Positions 26,841-38,357 of a DNA stretch of 64,000 bases are shown here, piece by piece; the first letter of the stretch is position 1; every line of letters starts with the position of its first letter. A program made the position numbers and the translations under genes. The notes beneath the pieces are model-generated. The model saw only the letters and a list, made by a program, of their open reading frames with translations, was not told where the DNA came from and did no database searches. The DNA is from an uncultured Bacteriovoracaceae bacterium (lineage in GTDB: Bacteria; Bdellovibrionota; UBA2428), in assembly GCA_964407615.1 (NCBI GenBank), contig CAYOWH010000001.1:85171-149170 (forward strand), written 5' to 3'.

Positions 26841-28829
26841 ATGAAAAGCTATTTTGGACAATTTTACAGAAACAGATTTCCTGAATATTCTAGAATTAGA
26901 AATGATGATAATTCTGTTGGTGCAAAAATATTTGATTTAATTGGTTCTAAAATGCACGAACCATTAAATTACTCTATAAAATCTAAAAGAGAAAAAGAAG
27001 TATTATTAAATACTCCTGTTACTTTGCCAGATTTATTTTATTTAATTAGATTAAACACAGATTCAATTTTAAATTCAGTCAAAGGTAATCATTTTAGAAA
27101 TTTTTTAGATAGTTTAAACACAAGTAGATCTCGTCAAAAGATTAAAATAACATCACTTTCAGCAATGATTGGTAACAATTCTATTGATTGCTACAACGCA
27201 GATACTTTTGATTTACTATTTAGTTTAGCTCCTACTAGAGCTGTTTTATCAGATTCATTTATTACAGATGAAAACAATTCATTAATTCTAAGTACAACAG
27301 ATAAACAGAAGAGTTTAAATTATTTTTTTAATTACAATGGAGAGTACGTATATATAACTGTACATAAAGAATACGATACTGATAAGAGGATATTTTATTA
27401 TTCCGAAAACAATCCAATTCCAAACTATGATGGCGAAATATCTGTAACACTTAGAGGTTACGATCAATTCATGAATAGGATTGAAGAAAAAATTTATATT
27501 GGATTAAAAAGCCACTATCGAAGCAAAAACAAATTTTTATATTTAAAAGATTTAAAGCAAGATAATGAATCGAATTCTTTTGGTGGTTTTGCTTTTGAAG
27601 TTAATGGTTTTGAAAGTTTAGTAGAATTACATAAATATCCTTGCTATGAAATAATAGAAGAAGTTTATGAAAACGAACTTTTAGTTAACAAAGAGTATTA
27701 TTTAAAAACTGCAAATGATCGTTTTTTCTCTGATGCGTTTTTTAATATTAAAGATAATATTTTTAGTTATTACTTTTACACTTATGGAAACGTATTCATT
27801 TCTAAATATAATGAATACCCTATTGATTATGTTAAAAGATTATTTTATCAACAAAATCTAATACTTCCAGAAACACATAATATTGTAAGCTACGATATAG
27901 ATTATACTAGAGATTTACTAGTAACTTTAAGTAACAAAGGTTTATTATCTTTTTTTAATATGCAACGTTCTAATTTTAAACATCCAGAAATTAATAGAAC
28001 AAAATATACTTCTTTAGAATTTGAGAATACTATCCAAAGAACTAGAAAATTAAATGAAACAGTTTACTTACAATTATTTGATCGGCATTTTACAAAAAGA
28101 AATGATTGCATTTTAATCTTTAGAAGAACTCCAAGTCTAAAAAATTTAGGACAAGCAAATTATAAATTTGAATTTTTAAATTCAGATGCAGAATGGATTG
28201 ATGCTCCTTATATATTCAAAAGAAAACAGATCTTAAATTATAATATTCCTTTAGATCATTTAATAGAGAATAGGTTATCTAATGATATTCAGATCCCAGT
28301 ATTGTTTAATGAACTTGGACAATATGATTTTTATGTTATGAATTATGACATAAGTAATTCTGCAGCATATGAATTAGAATCTAAATATTTGTCTGAAAGT
28401 AATTATAATAGTAAAAAATTAAAAAGCTTTTTTGAATCAGAACTTGCTAAGCAAGAGAAAGGCGAATTAGAAAATGAACTATTCTTTGAACTGAACTATC
28501 ATTCAGTTCTAGTTGAATCTAATTCACCCTTCAAAAGTTTTCAGTTACTAGATACAGAAGCAAATTTTTTAAATGCTTTTGAGAATAAAAAATTCTCTAT
28601 TAAGTTTAACAATGTCAATAACTCATTGTTTTTCTATGTAAATAATGACACAGAAAACAGTGTAAATATTTACACTGTTTTTCTTAGTTTTGATTACATT
28701 GTTTTTGATCAAGCAGACTATAATAGTACTTTAATTATGTTTGAAGAGTACGATTCAGTAGATGTATCTTTTGAAACTCAGAATGGTGATTCTCAAAGTT
28801 CAACATTTAGATATCTGAAAGAAGATTAA
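26841..28829 (+). CDS. Hypothetical baseplate/tail protein (662 aa)
   Basis: Tightly packed ORF in the baseplate operon. N/Y/F/D-rich. No family recognised. Confidence 0.6.
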   Translation: MKSYFGQFYRNRFPEYSRIRNDDNSVGAKIFDLIGSKMHEPLNYSIKSKREKEVLLNTPVTLPDLFYLIRLNTDSILNSVKGNHFRNFLDSLNTSRSRQKIKITSLSAMIGNNSIDCYNADTFDLLFSLAPTRAVLSDSFITDENNSLILSTTDKQKSLNYFFNYNGEYVYITVHKEYDTDKRIFYYSENNPIPNYDGEISVTLRGYDQFMNRIEEKIYIGLKSHYRSKNKFLYLKDLKQDNESNSFGGFAFEVNGFESLVELHKYPCYEIIEEVYENELLVNKEYYLKTANDRFFSDAFFNIKDNIFSYYFYTYGNVFISKYNEYPIDYVKRLFYQQNLILPETHNIVSYDIDYTRDLLVTLSNKGLLSFFNMQRSNFKHPEINRTKYTSLEFENTIQRTRKLNETVYLQLFDRHFTKRNDCILIFRRTPSLKNLGQANYKFEFLNSDAEWIDAPYIFKRKQILNYNIPLDHLIENRLSNDIQIPVLFNELGQYDFYVMNYDISNSAAYELESKYLSESNYNSKKLKSFFESELAKQEKGELENELFFELNYHSVLVESNSPFKSFQLLDTEANFLNAFENKKFSIKFNNVNNSLFFYVNNDTENSVNIYTVFLSFDYIVFDQADYNSTLIMFEEYDSVDVSFETQNGDSQSSTFRYLKED

Positions 28830-28830
28830 T

Positions 28831-29700
28831 ATGATATACAAAATGAAAATAGATAACTTGATTGCTGAAAAGGGTTACACTTTAGGTATTAAAAAAGAAA
28901 TAGCAGAAACTAATGAAAATTTTTTTAGAAGAATTCAACTTGCTATGAATTTTATAAACAAAAAAAGAGATACTGTATCAGCTTTAGGTTTTTGCACTAA
29001 AAATATTGAACAAAATCTTTGCGAAATAACTCAATTCGTAGAAACATACGATCCTCCTAGAATTCGTTTTAATCTATTGAACGTTCAAGTATGGATAAAA
29101 AGTAGTTTATCATTAGATAATAATCCTGATTATACTATAGAATACAAGAGTGTTAAATTTTTAATTGATTTTATTGAATGGCTAGAATCTTTAGAAACAG
29201 ATGATGGGTTTCCTTTATTCAACATAAAGATGATGCAATTTGATGATTCTTGGAAATTTCTTCATACTTCAAAAATAATCAAAATAGATACTTTAATTTT
29301 CAAAGAAGCATATCCTTTAATGAATTATCATAGTCAACAGCTGCCACATGATTATATATTCGATTTATTTTTTAATAACTCGTCAAAAGAATATATCAAT
29401 GTACCTGTTGCATCATTAAACAATGATAGCAAATACTATTTTGATAGTATAACAAGTACACTAGTTAGATATTACAATGATCCTATCGAAGACGTGAATT
29501 ACTTCTATTGTGATTATCCTGTAATTTTAAAATTAAATGCTTTTGAAATTATAAATTATGAAAACAAACAATTTGATGAAATAGTTTTAGATAAAGTAAA
29601 ATATGATTCTTCTACTTTAGAGCATAAAAGACTTAATCAAACTGGTGCAAAGTATTATAATGAACTATTAAAACTATCAAATAGTTACTGGGGCAAATAA
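28831..29700 (+). CDS. Hypothetical baseplate/tail protein (289 aa)
   Basis: ORF directly abutting its neighbours (TAATATG and TAATG junctions). Confidence 0.6.
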   Translation: MIYKMKIDNLIAEKGYTLGIKKEIAETNENFFRRIQLAMNFINKKRDTVSALGFCTKNIEQNLCEITQFVETYDPPRIRFNLLNVQVWIKSSLSLDNNPDYTIEYKSVKFLIDFIEWLESLETDDGFPLFNIKMMQFDDSWKFLHTSKIIKIDTLIFKEAYPLMNYHSQQLPHDYIFDLFFNNSSKEYINVPVASLNNDSKYYFDSITSTLVRYYNDPIEDVNYFYCDYPVILKLNAFEIINYENKQFDEIVLDKVKYDSSTLEHKRLNQTGAKYYNELLKLSNSYWGK

Positions 29701-31796
29701 TGAATTTAGTAGAACGAACGATTCCTTTAAAAATTTTTGTTTATGAAGAAAAAGAATACTTTCCTTTAACTGGGATATATTCTATTGAAGAAAAAGTAAA
29801 ATCAGCGATTACAAATAGATCCTTACTTACTAGTAATGAAAATATTAGAGAGCAAATTACTACTTCTATTGGCGGATTTAATTATAATTTAATAGAAGGT
29901 ACCTCAGATAAACATTGGGATGGTGGTGTTATTTCTGAATGTAATTTTGAAGATGTACATATTGTAAAAGATTCAATATATCCAATTGTAAAAACAGGAA
30001 CATATACTTTATTTGATAAATCTAGAAAATTATATAGCGATGAGTCTTATGTTAAAGTTTTAAAACCAGGAATAGCCTACACCTTACCTGATGATATAAA
30101 AGCGGAAACTATAGAAATTTCTATTTTTAAAAGAGATTCTAATTTTAATAATATAAAATTTATAGATTTTGAATCAGATGAAACCTCTGATTTTTCATAT
30201 ACCTATGATTTTGAAGAGAACACAATTACTTTAAATAATAGTTATAGTCCTGGAATATATGTGAATTTAGAAACTCCAACAGCAGATCTTATTCATAAAA
30301 TTGGTGAATTTAAATTTAAAGGAAACGGCACTAAAAGACTTATTTATACAAACTATTTTCCTATAGATACAGATTATGTAAAATTGTATTCCTTAGATAT
30401 GTATACTAATGAAATTAAAGTTTGGAATAAGGTAGAAAATTTTTTAGATCCGGAACCTCTGTCTTTAAATTGTTTTTGTGTAATTCCAGAAAAAGGTTTA
30501 ATTATTACATCTGGCACTTCAGTAAATCTTAATAAAGAATATTCAGTAAAAGAATCTTTTTTTGATAAATACAATAATTTAACATCATTAATACTCTTTG
30601 AAAATATTTCAGATTGGGATTCTCAGGGTCTAGTGATTTTAAATAATCTAAGTGTCTATTCATATAATGAAAGAACTTCAAATAGTTTGAATCAATTAAT
30701 TTTTATTTCTGGAGAAGAAGTTCAAGATATATCTAGTGTAAAATATTATCACCCTTACAATAATACAAGCACTACTGAAAATTTTTATTTATTGTATGAA
30801 GTTGGTTATGCAAGATTAGATGTAGAAATTAATAATGCTAAAAGAATAGAATATGAATTAGATTTGAATCCTTTAAAACTTTCAAAACAATATGGAATTT
30901 TACAAATATCTCCTTATGAAAAGCATGTTAACAAAATTAATTTAACATGTTTGAATAAACCGATAAATATATCTGGAATTTATGAATCTTTATGTTTAGG
31001 TACTGATTATCTAGATTTACAGGCAATATGTTTGAATGCTGCTGGCAATAAAGTAAAAGATGTTTTAGTTACCTTTGAAGTACTTGATCAAGATATTAAT
31101 CTTTTGTTTGAAGGAGATGCTAAATCTATAAGTATTAATTCTAATTATTTTGGAGAATCTAGAACAAAAGTAAACGCTCCATATGATGATTCTTTTATGT
31201 TTATAACTGTAGATTTAGATCAGATCCAAGATAAAGAAATTTATATAAACGATCCTAAGTTTAATTTTAGCGGAAGCTTTTTTACTTTATTTGCTATTCT
31301 TAAATACAACGGTTTAGAATTTATTGAAAGACCAGATGTTTATTTAGCTAATTTAAATTTTGATTCTATAACTGATGAAAATAAATATCCATTAGTTGAA
31401 AGATTGTTATATACAGAGTCTAATGATAAATATTTACTTTTGCAACCAACGTCATATTTTAACAACAGATTACAATTTAATGAGAATTTATTAACAGATG
31501 ATATGATTTGGAAATATAAAATATACTTCAATAGAATATGTAGAATTAGAGCTAAGTGTATAGATCCAGGAAGTGGAAGTATGATTTATTCTAATGTAAT
31601 AAAAGTTAATTTAGATTTACCGCAACATATGAAGGGATTCAAAACACTAAGCGATTCTTTTATTAATGGATTGCGTTTTAAGAAAAAGAATAGTAATAAT
31701 GATGAATATAATTTTGCAACTGGATTAGGTGGTGCAAATTATATTACTATTGAACCAACAGGTTTGACTTCAGCAATTAGTTTAAGGATACAATAA
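29700..31796 (+). CDS. Hypothetical baseplate/tail protein (698 aa), possible Ig-like segment
   Basis: ORF in the operon. The segment LQAICLNAAGNKVKDVLVTFEVLDQD weakly resembles bacterial Ig-like (Big) domains. Confidence 0.55.
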   Translation: MNLVERTIPLKIFVYEEKEYFPLTGIYSIEEKVKSAITNRSLLTSNENIREQITTSIGGFNYNLIEGTSDKHWDGGVISECNFEDVHIVKDSIYPIVKTGTYTLFDKSRKLYSDESYVKVLKPGIAYTLPDDIKAETIEISIFKRDSNFNNIKFIDFESDETSDFSYTYDFEENTITLNNSYSPGIYVNLETPTADLIHKIGEFKFKGNGTKRLIYTNYFPIDTDYVKLYSLDMYTNEIKVWNKVENFLDPEPLSLNCFCVIPEKGLIITSGTSVNLNKEYSVKESFFDKYNNLTSLILFENISDWDSQGLVILNNLSVYSYNERTSNSLNQLIFISGEEVQDISSVKYYHPYNNTSTTENFYLLYEVGYARLDVEINNAKRIEYELDLNPLKLSKQYGILQISPYEKHVNKINLTCLNKPINISGIYESLCLGTDYLDLQAICLNAAGNKVKDVLVTFEVLDQDINLLFEGDAKSISINSNYFGESRTKVNAPYDDSFMFITVDLDQIQDKEIYINDPKFNFSGSFFTLFAILKYNGLEFIERPDVYLANLNFDSITDENKYPLVERLLYTESNDKYLLLQPTSYFNNRLQFNENLLTDDMIWKYKIYFNRICRIRAKCIDPGSGSMIYSNVIKVNLDLPQHMKGFKTLSDSFINGLRFKKKNSNNDEYNFATGLGGANYITIEPTGLTSAISLRIQ

Positions 31797-31799
31797 TAT

Positions 31800-34700
31800 A
31801 TGAGCACTTTGACTTATTTAAAATTAGCAAGATTCATTGATGGTGAAAGACCATCAGCTGACAAATTTAATGCTCTTTTTGGTTATTTAGAAAGAAAGAT
31901 AAACGAACTTCAAACTGCTTCTGGGGTTGCTTCTTCTAATGGTATTATATCTACAACGCCTTTAGATTCACAAGAAGCAGACTCAGTAGATTTTAATTCC
32001 AACAAATATTGGGGATATCAGAAAACTACAAGTGATAGATTAAATAATACAGAAATTAAAAGAGGCACTGATGTTGTTAATCTCTCTTTGCTTGTAGGAT
32101 CTGCAGCAAATTTAAACCCTTTATCTTTAGGATCTGAAAGTCAAATTATTAAAGAAGAATTTCCGGCAGGACTATATGAGATAAATTTAAAATATCCTGT
32201 AATTTGTGAAGTATTAGAAGGCATTGCTGATCGAGGTCTTACTAATCAATCAAATAGTTTAATTTTTAATTTAAATGGTGATGACCCAAATACTAAGTAT
32301 CAAACTTTAAAAATTAGTACGGAGACTTTAGAAGATGACGGAGATTATAAATTTATAGACTTACATGGTATTGAAATCAATGGTTATCAATATTATTATT
32401 CTAATAAAATTATTTCTAAAACATCTGCTAGTGTGGGATTTAGTTTAGAGTACGAAGTAAACCCTATTAGATTTGGAAATATATCTGCACCACAAAATGC
32501 AACTTACAATGTTATTCCAGATCCAAATACGCCAAAAATAGAACCAGGAACTGAAGATAGATTTTATAATTTGAAATTTAATTCTCCAGATGCTTCTGGT
32601 TTTTATCTTGTTGAATTGCCATGGGCAAAATATAATCAAAACGGTCAGAATGTTTATGGTTTCCATGAGTCTACTGAAAACGATCAATCATCATTATTGT
32701 ATGATGTTAGATTAGAACTTCCAAAATATTTTCAAGATGCTGCTGGAGAAAATGATACTGCTTATGTTATTCCTGAAGGTTTTATGTATCTAAAATCCTT
32801 TGGTTCCAATGGAGATGAATTCAGAAATTTAACATACGTATATCAAAGCAAATATCAATTTTTAGTTAATTTACCTGCAACTGTAGGAAGTAAATGTTTA
32901 AACGGAACAATTCAAATGTTTGTTTGTGTAGTTGGAAACGACATCACTACGTCTTTAAATGATTTACAAATTAAATTTATCGAACATGATCATAATGCTA
33001 GTTATGGAGAACGAGCAATTGATGCAAATTCTTTGTATGGTTTTTATAAGTATCAATCTCAATTTAACAAATATTATGTTTCAGAAAACAAAGACAATCT
33101 AATTTCTAAATATTTACATAGAGATGGTTATAGATATCAATCTGATCCTCAAAATCAAGATAATAAATTGCTAGGAGATTTACTTTTAGCAAATTCAAAT
33201 TCAGTTGTAACTGGATCTAGCTATAAACTTATTTTTGGTAAAGCAAATTTAAATACTACTGATTTGTTCCCATTTGTCGGGAATACAAATATTTCTAGTT
33301 GGATTTCACAACAGATGGATAATCTACAAGTTGTTAGCGCTTCTGAAGATAACAGTGGGCTTAGATTTATTAGTAATGATAAAACAAGCCTTGCAAGTAA
33401 AAATAGAAACTTATTTTACATTAAAAATGTAAATGATGCATTTGTTGCACTTGCTCATAATATTAGCAGTTATCCATTAACTCATTCATTCTTGTCTACA
33501 ACTTCGTATCTTGATCAAACAGCAACAACTTCTACTATACATTCTCCTGTCTTGAGTGTTTTAGAAACTAATAATAATTTTATAAAGGCAGAATATTCAA
33601 ATGAAAATGCTAAAATTGAAATTGTAAATGAACCATTTGAAAGTGATACTGACTATTCGTATTCTCAAAGTATTGTTTTAAATAATAATCAAAAAAGAAT
33701 TTCTATATTATCTAATCGTGACGGTGATATTAATTTACAATCTAAAGAATTAAGAGTAAAAGATTTTAATAGTGAAGAGAGCGTTTCATTAAATAAATTT
33801 AAAAAACAATTAGACGCTTCATTTAGTATCAGTCATGAAACTTTAATTGTTGATCCAAACAAATCTTCCAGATTTGTAGAGCCTTTAGCTATTACAAAGG
33901 TAGATAACACTAACGTAAGAAAAGAAGGTAAATTTATTTATTTTGTGCAACATCTAGTTGAAGATAATCCAGATTATGAAACTTTAGGAAACGATTGGAG
34001 CTTAGAAAATTTTAGATATAGGTATATAGCTCAAGATGCATCTTTTTTTGATTTTTCAAATCCTAACGTAATTGAAAACAAAAATGCTTTTGAATTAGGT
34101 ATCCATCAACGTCAAATCTTTAACAAAACATACGATTCTGTTAGAGATAATTGTTTAGCAGAAAATCAAAATTATTTTTCAGGTTGTTATAAAGAATATT
34201 ATCCTCCACTTGGTCAAACACATACTGTATTTCAGATAGCTAAGGCAACAGGTGTTTCTGAAATTGGAACTATGCTATATTGGGATAGTAATCGATCAGG
34301 AAGATACAATAAGTTTGATTGGATTGATCAGACATCTGTTGAATATAGATTCATGAGATGGTATAAAGACAATGCCTATCCAACTTCATTAGAATATATA
34401 TTTAGACATTTTTACATACATACTTTATATGATGAAGAAGGAAACGCTGGTAGAAATTTACTTTACTATAGAACTACTATGCATAGATTTTTACAAAATT
34501 ATAATAATTATACTACTGAAATTACAATGGAAGATAGACAAGATTTTTGTTATGATAAAACAAGAATTCTAACAAAAATGATTTGGAGAAAATACTGGTT
34601 AAAAGATTCTAGTGATGATTTTTCTTTAGATTTTGATTCTATTTTTAATCAGAACTCTGATCTTTCTAATACTAAAGCAATATTAATTGATCAAGGTATT

Positions 34701-35903
34701 GTTGTGGACATGATTGATGGTTTTTCTAATGCTGAATTGCAAGAAGAGTTAGACGGTCAAATTACTTTTGAAAGAGCTATAAAAAGAGTTTGCAAATTTT
34801 ATAAAGCTAAACAAGCTCACTTAAAAACTTTAACTACTGGTGAGAATCCAGTATATCATCCACAAGAAGATGAATTAATTAAGTATGGCAGTATATATGT
34901 ACCTGCAAAACCTGCTGAAAATAGATTTGAAAAGATAACAGAGTTTTTTAGTAAATACGAAGAACATACTTTTGAAGAAGACGATAACATTATCGTGTTT
35001 GGGAAAGGGTTTGTTAATTTCTTACCTAGTAGAAATCCTGAAACTAGTGGTGCTACTACTTATGAACCTTTATTTGATAGTGCTTATGATGAACAACAAG
35101 ACAATCAAAATGGAATTCTTGGAATTAAAAGACAATTGTCAATCAAATTAAAATCTGATGAAACTGTAGATAGAAATATTCAAAAGAAAAAGAATTTAAA
35201 AATTCTTTTCTCAGATTTTGTTTCTGAGATCCCTTATAATAATAACATAAACCCAGTGAATCAGGTTGATTATTATTGTTTAACTCAAGGTGTAATTACA
35301 ACTGTACCTCAATTTATGAGAGCAGTTGCGAATGGATTAGGATACCATGTATTCTTTGATGATTATTGGAAATATCTTTTAAGAATATATATATTTGATG
35401 ATTTAAATCTAGAAACAAAAAATCATTATAATTCTTTTTATTGGAATAGTTCTGAACATTTAGAAGATTTGCCAACTAGAGATATTATTGCAATTGGAAG
35501 TAAAGACAATAATGAGAATTACCCAAGAACATTCTTTACTCAATTCAAAATTGATTTTGTTAATAGTAGTAATAACTTTCATTTTGCTAGTTTAAAAACT
35601 GTAGATGGATATCAAGAAAGAATTAAAAAGAATAATATTTTGATAAACTTATGTATTTATAATAAGATGCAGACTCTTATGTATGATGATATTCGAAGAA
35701 ATTTAGGTCCAGTTCAAGGATTCTATGATATTGAAATTGATTATTTAGCTTCAAAAGAAATGGTATCTTTTTATACACCTGTAACTGGTCAATTTAAACT
35801 ACCAGAAACTCATGATAGATCTATTGCAAGTATGTATTCTATTAAAACTAATACATATAATCATTTTACTTTATTAAGCGGTTCTACTAAAGAAGGCGTA
35901 TAA
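31800..35903 (+). CDS. Large tail fibre/spike-like structural protein (1367 aa)
   Basis: N-terminus LARFIDGERPSADKFNALFGYLERKINELQ is typical of fibre N-termini. It also has an H-x-H element (IEHDHNASYGE). Position within the fibre/baseplate block supports the call. Confidence 0.4.
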   Translation: MSTLTYLKLARFIDGERPSADKFNALFGYLERKINELQTASGVASSNGIISTTPLDSQEADSVDFNSNKYWGYQKTTSDRLNNTEIKRGTDVVNLSLLVGSAANLNPLSLGSESQIIKEEFPAGLYEINLKYPVICEVLEGIADRGLTNQSNSLIFNLNGDDPNTKYQTLKISTETLEDDGDYKFIDLHGIEINGYQYYYSNKIISKTSASVGFSLEYEVNPIRFGNISAPQNATYNVIPDPNTPKIEPGTEDRFYNLKFNSPDASGFYLVELPWAKYNQNGQNVYGFHESTENDQSSLLYDVRLELPKYFQDAAGENDTAYVIPEGFMYLKSFGSNGDEFRNLTYVYQSKYQFLVNLPATVGSKCLNGTIQMFVCVVGNDITTSLNDLQIKFIEHDHNASYGERAIDANSLYGFYKYQSQFNKYYVSENKDNLISKYLHRDGYRYQSDPQNQDNKLLGDLLLANSNSVVTGSSYKLIFGKANLNTTDLFPFVGNTNISSWISQQMDNLQVVSASEDNSGLRFISNDKTSLASKNRNLFYIKNVNDAFVALAHNISSYPLTHSFLSTTSYLDQTATTSTIHSPVLSVLETNNNFIKAEYSNENAKIEIVNEPFESDTDYSYSQSIVLNNNQKRISILSNRDGDINLQSKELRVKDFNSEESVSLNKFKKQLDASFSISHETLIVDPNKSSRFVEPLAITKVDNTNVRKEGKFIYFVQHLVEDNPDYETLGNDWSLENFRYRYIAQDASFFDFSNPNVIENKNAFELGIHQRQIFNKTYDSVRDNCLAENQNYFSGCYKEYYPPLGQTHTVFQIAKATGVSEIGTMLYWDSNRSGRYNKFDWIDQTSVEYRFMRWYKDNAYPTSLEYIFRHFYIHTLYDEEGNAGRNLLYYRTTMHRFLQNYNNYTTEITMEDRQDFCYDKTRILTKMIWRKYWLKDSSDDFSLDFDSIFNQNSDLSNTKAILIDQGIVVDMIDGFSNAELQEELDGQITFERAIKRVCKFYKAKQAHLKTLTTGENPVYHPQEDELIKYGSIYVPAKPAENRFEKITEFFSKYEEHTFEEDDNIIVFGKGFVNFLPSRNPETSGATTYEPLFDSAYDEQQDNQNGILGIKRQLSIKLKSDETVDRNIQKKKNLKILFSDFVSEIPYNNNINPVNQVDYYCLTQGVITTVPQFMRAVANGLGYHVFFDDYWKYLLRIYIFDDLNLETKNHYNSFYWNSSEHLEDLPTRDIIAIGSKDNNENYPRTFFTQFKIDFVNSSNNFHFASLKTVDGYQERIKKNNILINLCIYNKMQTLMYDDIRRNLGPVQGFYDIEIDYLASKEMVSFYTPVTGQFKLPETHDRSIASMYSIKTNTYNHFTLLSGSTKEGV

Positions 35904-35907
35904 TTAA

Positions 35908-37935
35908 ATGGCTAACCTTATAATTCCAGTAGATAATATTGAAGTTGAAAAAACTTTAAATTTAAAATCTATAGTCAATAATCATTCTGATTCTATTATT
36001 TTATCTGACACTTTAGACAATAGATCTATTGCATTAGAATACATTGAATTCCCAGAAGTTTCTACTGTTAGAAACTTAAAAATATTAGATAGAAGCTGGG
36101 AGTCTTCAATGCTTAACAATAGGCGCGTTTTTGAGAATCCAGATTATGCTTTCTTTGTAGATTCTAGGTCTTTTGAAATTCCTTATAAAGATGTTTTGAT
36201 TACTAATATTTCAAAAAACGGAATACCTATTTATTATAAACATAAAGTTAAAAATAATAAAAAAATTGTAAATTGTACAATTCATTCAATATCTAATACT
36301 TCAGAAAGAATTACTGAATCTGGTTATTTATTTGATGAAGTAACTAATCAAATATATACCAACTATCAGAATACATTTGATGTTATAAACAATTTCTACA
36401 AAATATATTTTGTAACATACATTACTGAAGATGCGTTTTCTTATAATGAAATATTAAATCCAGAACCTATTATAAAAGAATTAAGCTATGAAGATATTGA
36501 TTTAGATAGTGTAGAAAATTATGGAAATATAAAAAAGAATTTGATTCGGTTTAAAAAAGAAAAGAATTCTGCGCAATTAAATTTTAAGTATGAAGTTCTT
36601 TGGGAACTTTCTAATCTAGAAATTCTATGTAACACATCTGACGTGTATGACAATACTGGATTCTGGATCAAACCATATGAAACTTCTACCTTTAGAATCT
36701 TAAACCCTATAGGTTTAAAAAGTAATTCTCCTTGGTTTGTTAGATTAACTAATACAGAAATGTTTACTGATAAATTTTACATGGTTCCAGAATACTACAA
36801 ACAAGCATTTAATCCAGAATTTGGTGTAACCTATTACCTTGATAAAGACACTTATTTTGTTAATCAAAATATATTAGGTATTTTAAATAACATAAAGTTC
36901 AATCCAGATAATGAATTGCACTTTAATTTATATGAATACAATCAAGATGGCAGTCTTTTAAATAAATATACGACTAACTCAAATTTAGATAGTTCTTGGA
37001 TTAAAGATAAAGTATTTTCTTGTGATGAAAGGTCAGGTTACATTTATACTGATTTTACTTTGAACACATTGAATACTTATAAGATTGATTACTATTCGGA
37101 ATTAAACAATTATACTTATAATAAAGTAGATTTTAATCCTGTAAATAATCCTGAAGTTTTAGAACATAGTTATGTTTTGTTTTTAAAATCTAGAAACAAT
37201 TTGATTTATGATATGTCTCAATTTGATAATTCAAAAGCGCTGTATCATTTAAAACTTGATGCAGATAATAGAATTGTAGGTAGTGATTTTCCTTCAATAG
37301 ATTATAAAACAGAACCACTGTATTTTAAAGATCAGTTTCTTATTGATTTTAGAACGCAACATTTAATTTTAGCTGAAGTTTCTTTAAATAATAGTGTTGA
37401 TAAAGATCAAGTTTTTAATTTTGATCTTAGAAAATATGATTATCTAAATGAGAAAGAACTAGATTCTGTATTCCAAAGAAACTTTAATATATTGCAATCT
37501 TATTTAGGTTATGGATCATCTGGTCAAATATTGCAAAAATATAATGTTGATATAATTAAATATCCTTTTAGGTTATTAAAAGAATATGGAGGAGATTATA
37601 CTTTAGAAACTTTAAAAAGAAATATACAAAACAATATAGAACTATATAGAGATTTTGTTTTATTACCTGATTATCTCAAACCAGAACTTTTTGTAAGTTA
37701 TAATGAACCAGAACATTTAATTTCTTGCACTTGGGAAGCACCTGGAATTTATAAACTTAAGAAATGGGACAATCTTGGTCAATTTGAAATTGTTCAAGAA
37801 ATAGAGCAGTTAGTTAGACCTGAAAACGACATAGTAATATTTACAAACTTAAACATTGCAAATAGAACTAGAGAAGAATATACTGTAGCTATTAATGATG
37901 AATTGGATTCTAATAGACTAATAGTAGGTAAATGA
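35908..37935 (+). CDS. Hypothetical baseplate/tail protein (675 aa)
   Basis: ORF in the operon with an ATGA overlap to the next gene. Confidence 0.6.
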   Translation: MANLIIPVDNIEVEKTLNLKSIVNNHSDSIILSDTLDNRSIALEYIEFPEVSTVRNLKILDRSWESSMLNNRRVFENPDYAFFVDSRSFEIPYKDVLITNISKNGIPIYYKHKVKNNKKIVNCTIHSISNTSERITESGYLFDEVTNQIYTNYQNTFDVINNFYKIYFVTYITEDAFSYNEILNPEPIIKELSYEDIDLDSVENYGNIKKNLIRFKKEKNSAQLNFKYEVLWELSNLEILCNTSDVYDNTGFWIKPYETSTFRILNPIGLKSNSPWFVRLTNTEMFTDKFYMVPEYYKQAFNPEFGVTYYLDKDTYFVNQNILGILNNIKFNPDNELHFNLYEYNQDGSLLNKYTTNSNLDSSWIKDKVFSCDERSGYIYTDFTLNTLNTYKIDYYSELNNYTYNKVDFNPVNNPEVLEHSYVLFLKSRNNLIYDMSQFDNSKALYHLKLDADNRIVGSDFPSIDYKTEPLYFKDQFLIDFRTQHLILAEVSLNNSVDKDQVFNFDLRKYDYLNEKELDSVFQRNFNILQSYLGYGSSGQILQKYNVDIIKYPFRLLKEYGGDYTLETLKRNIQNNIELYRDFVLLPDYLKPELFVSYNEPEHLISCTWEAPGIYKLKKWDNLGQFEIVQEIEQLVRPENDIVIFTNLNIANRTREEYTVAINDELDSNRLIVGK

Positions 37936-38357
37936 TGTTAAGAATACTTGATAAAGATGGTAATGATTTGCAAAGAAACTCTATGACTTTCACACAATCT
38001 GCAAATCCTCAATATATTTCTATTGAATTAAGAGTTAAAAACGAATCAGACAAAACAATTTTAAATCCAGGAGTTTTTTTAATTCCAAGTTCATTAGATG
38101 GAAGTATATTTTCTTTTAGTAATAAAACACCAGAATCTATGCTGCAAAAAATACTATTAGATCGAAGCATTGAAATAACAGGAGATACTGTTCAAAATAA
38201 TTCATTTTTTGATTTAAATAATGGCTCTAGGGAAGATAATAAGATTGTTATAACTGATTCTCTACAAGCTTCTGGATATGTCAATATCCATTTAATATGT
38301 GATAAAAGCCAATTTGATGCTGCTGAATTCTATTACATTGGGTTGGAAGTAAAATGA
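37932..38357 (+). CDS. Small hypothetical tail protein (141 aa), beta-sandwich-like by composition
   Basis: ORF with ATGA overlaps on both sides. Confidence 0.55.
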   Translation: MMLRILDKDGNDLQRNSMTFTQSANPQYISIELRVKNESDKTILNPGVFLIPSSLDGSIFSFSNKTPESMLQKILLDRSIEITGDTVQNNSFFDLNNGSREDNKIVITDSLQASGYVNIHLICDKSQFDAAEFYYIGLEVK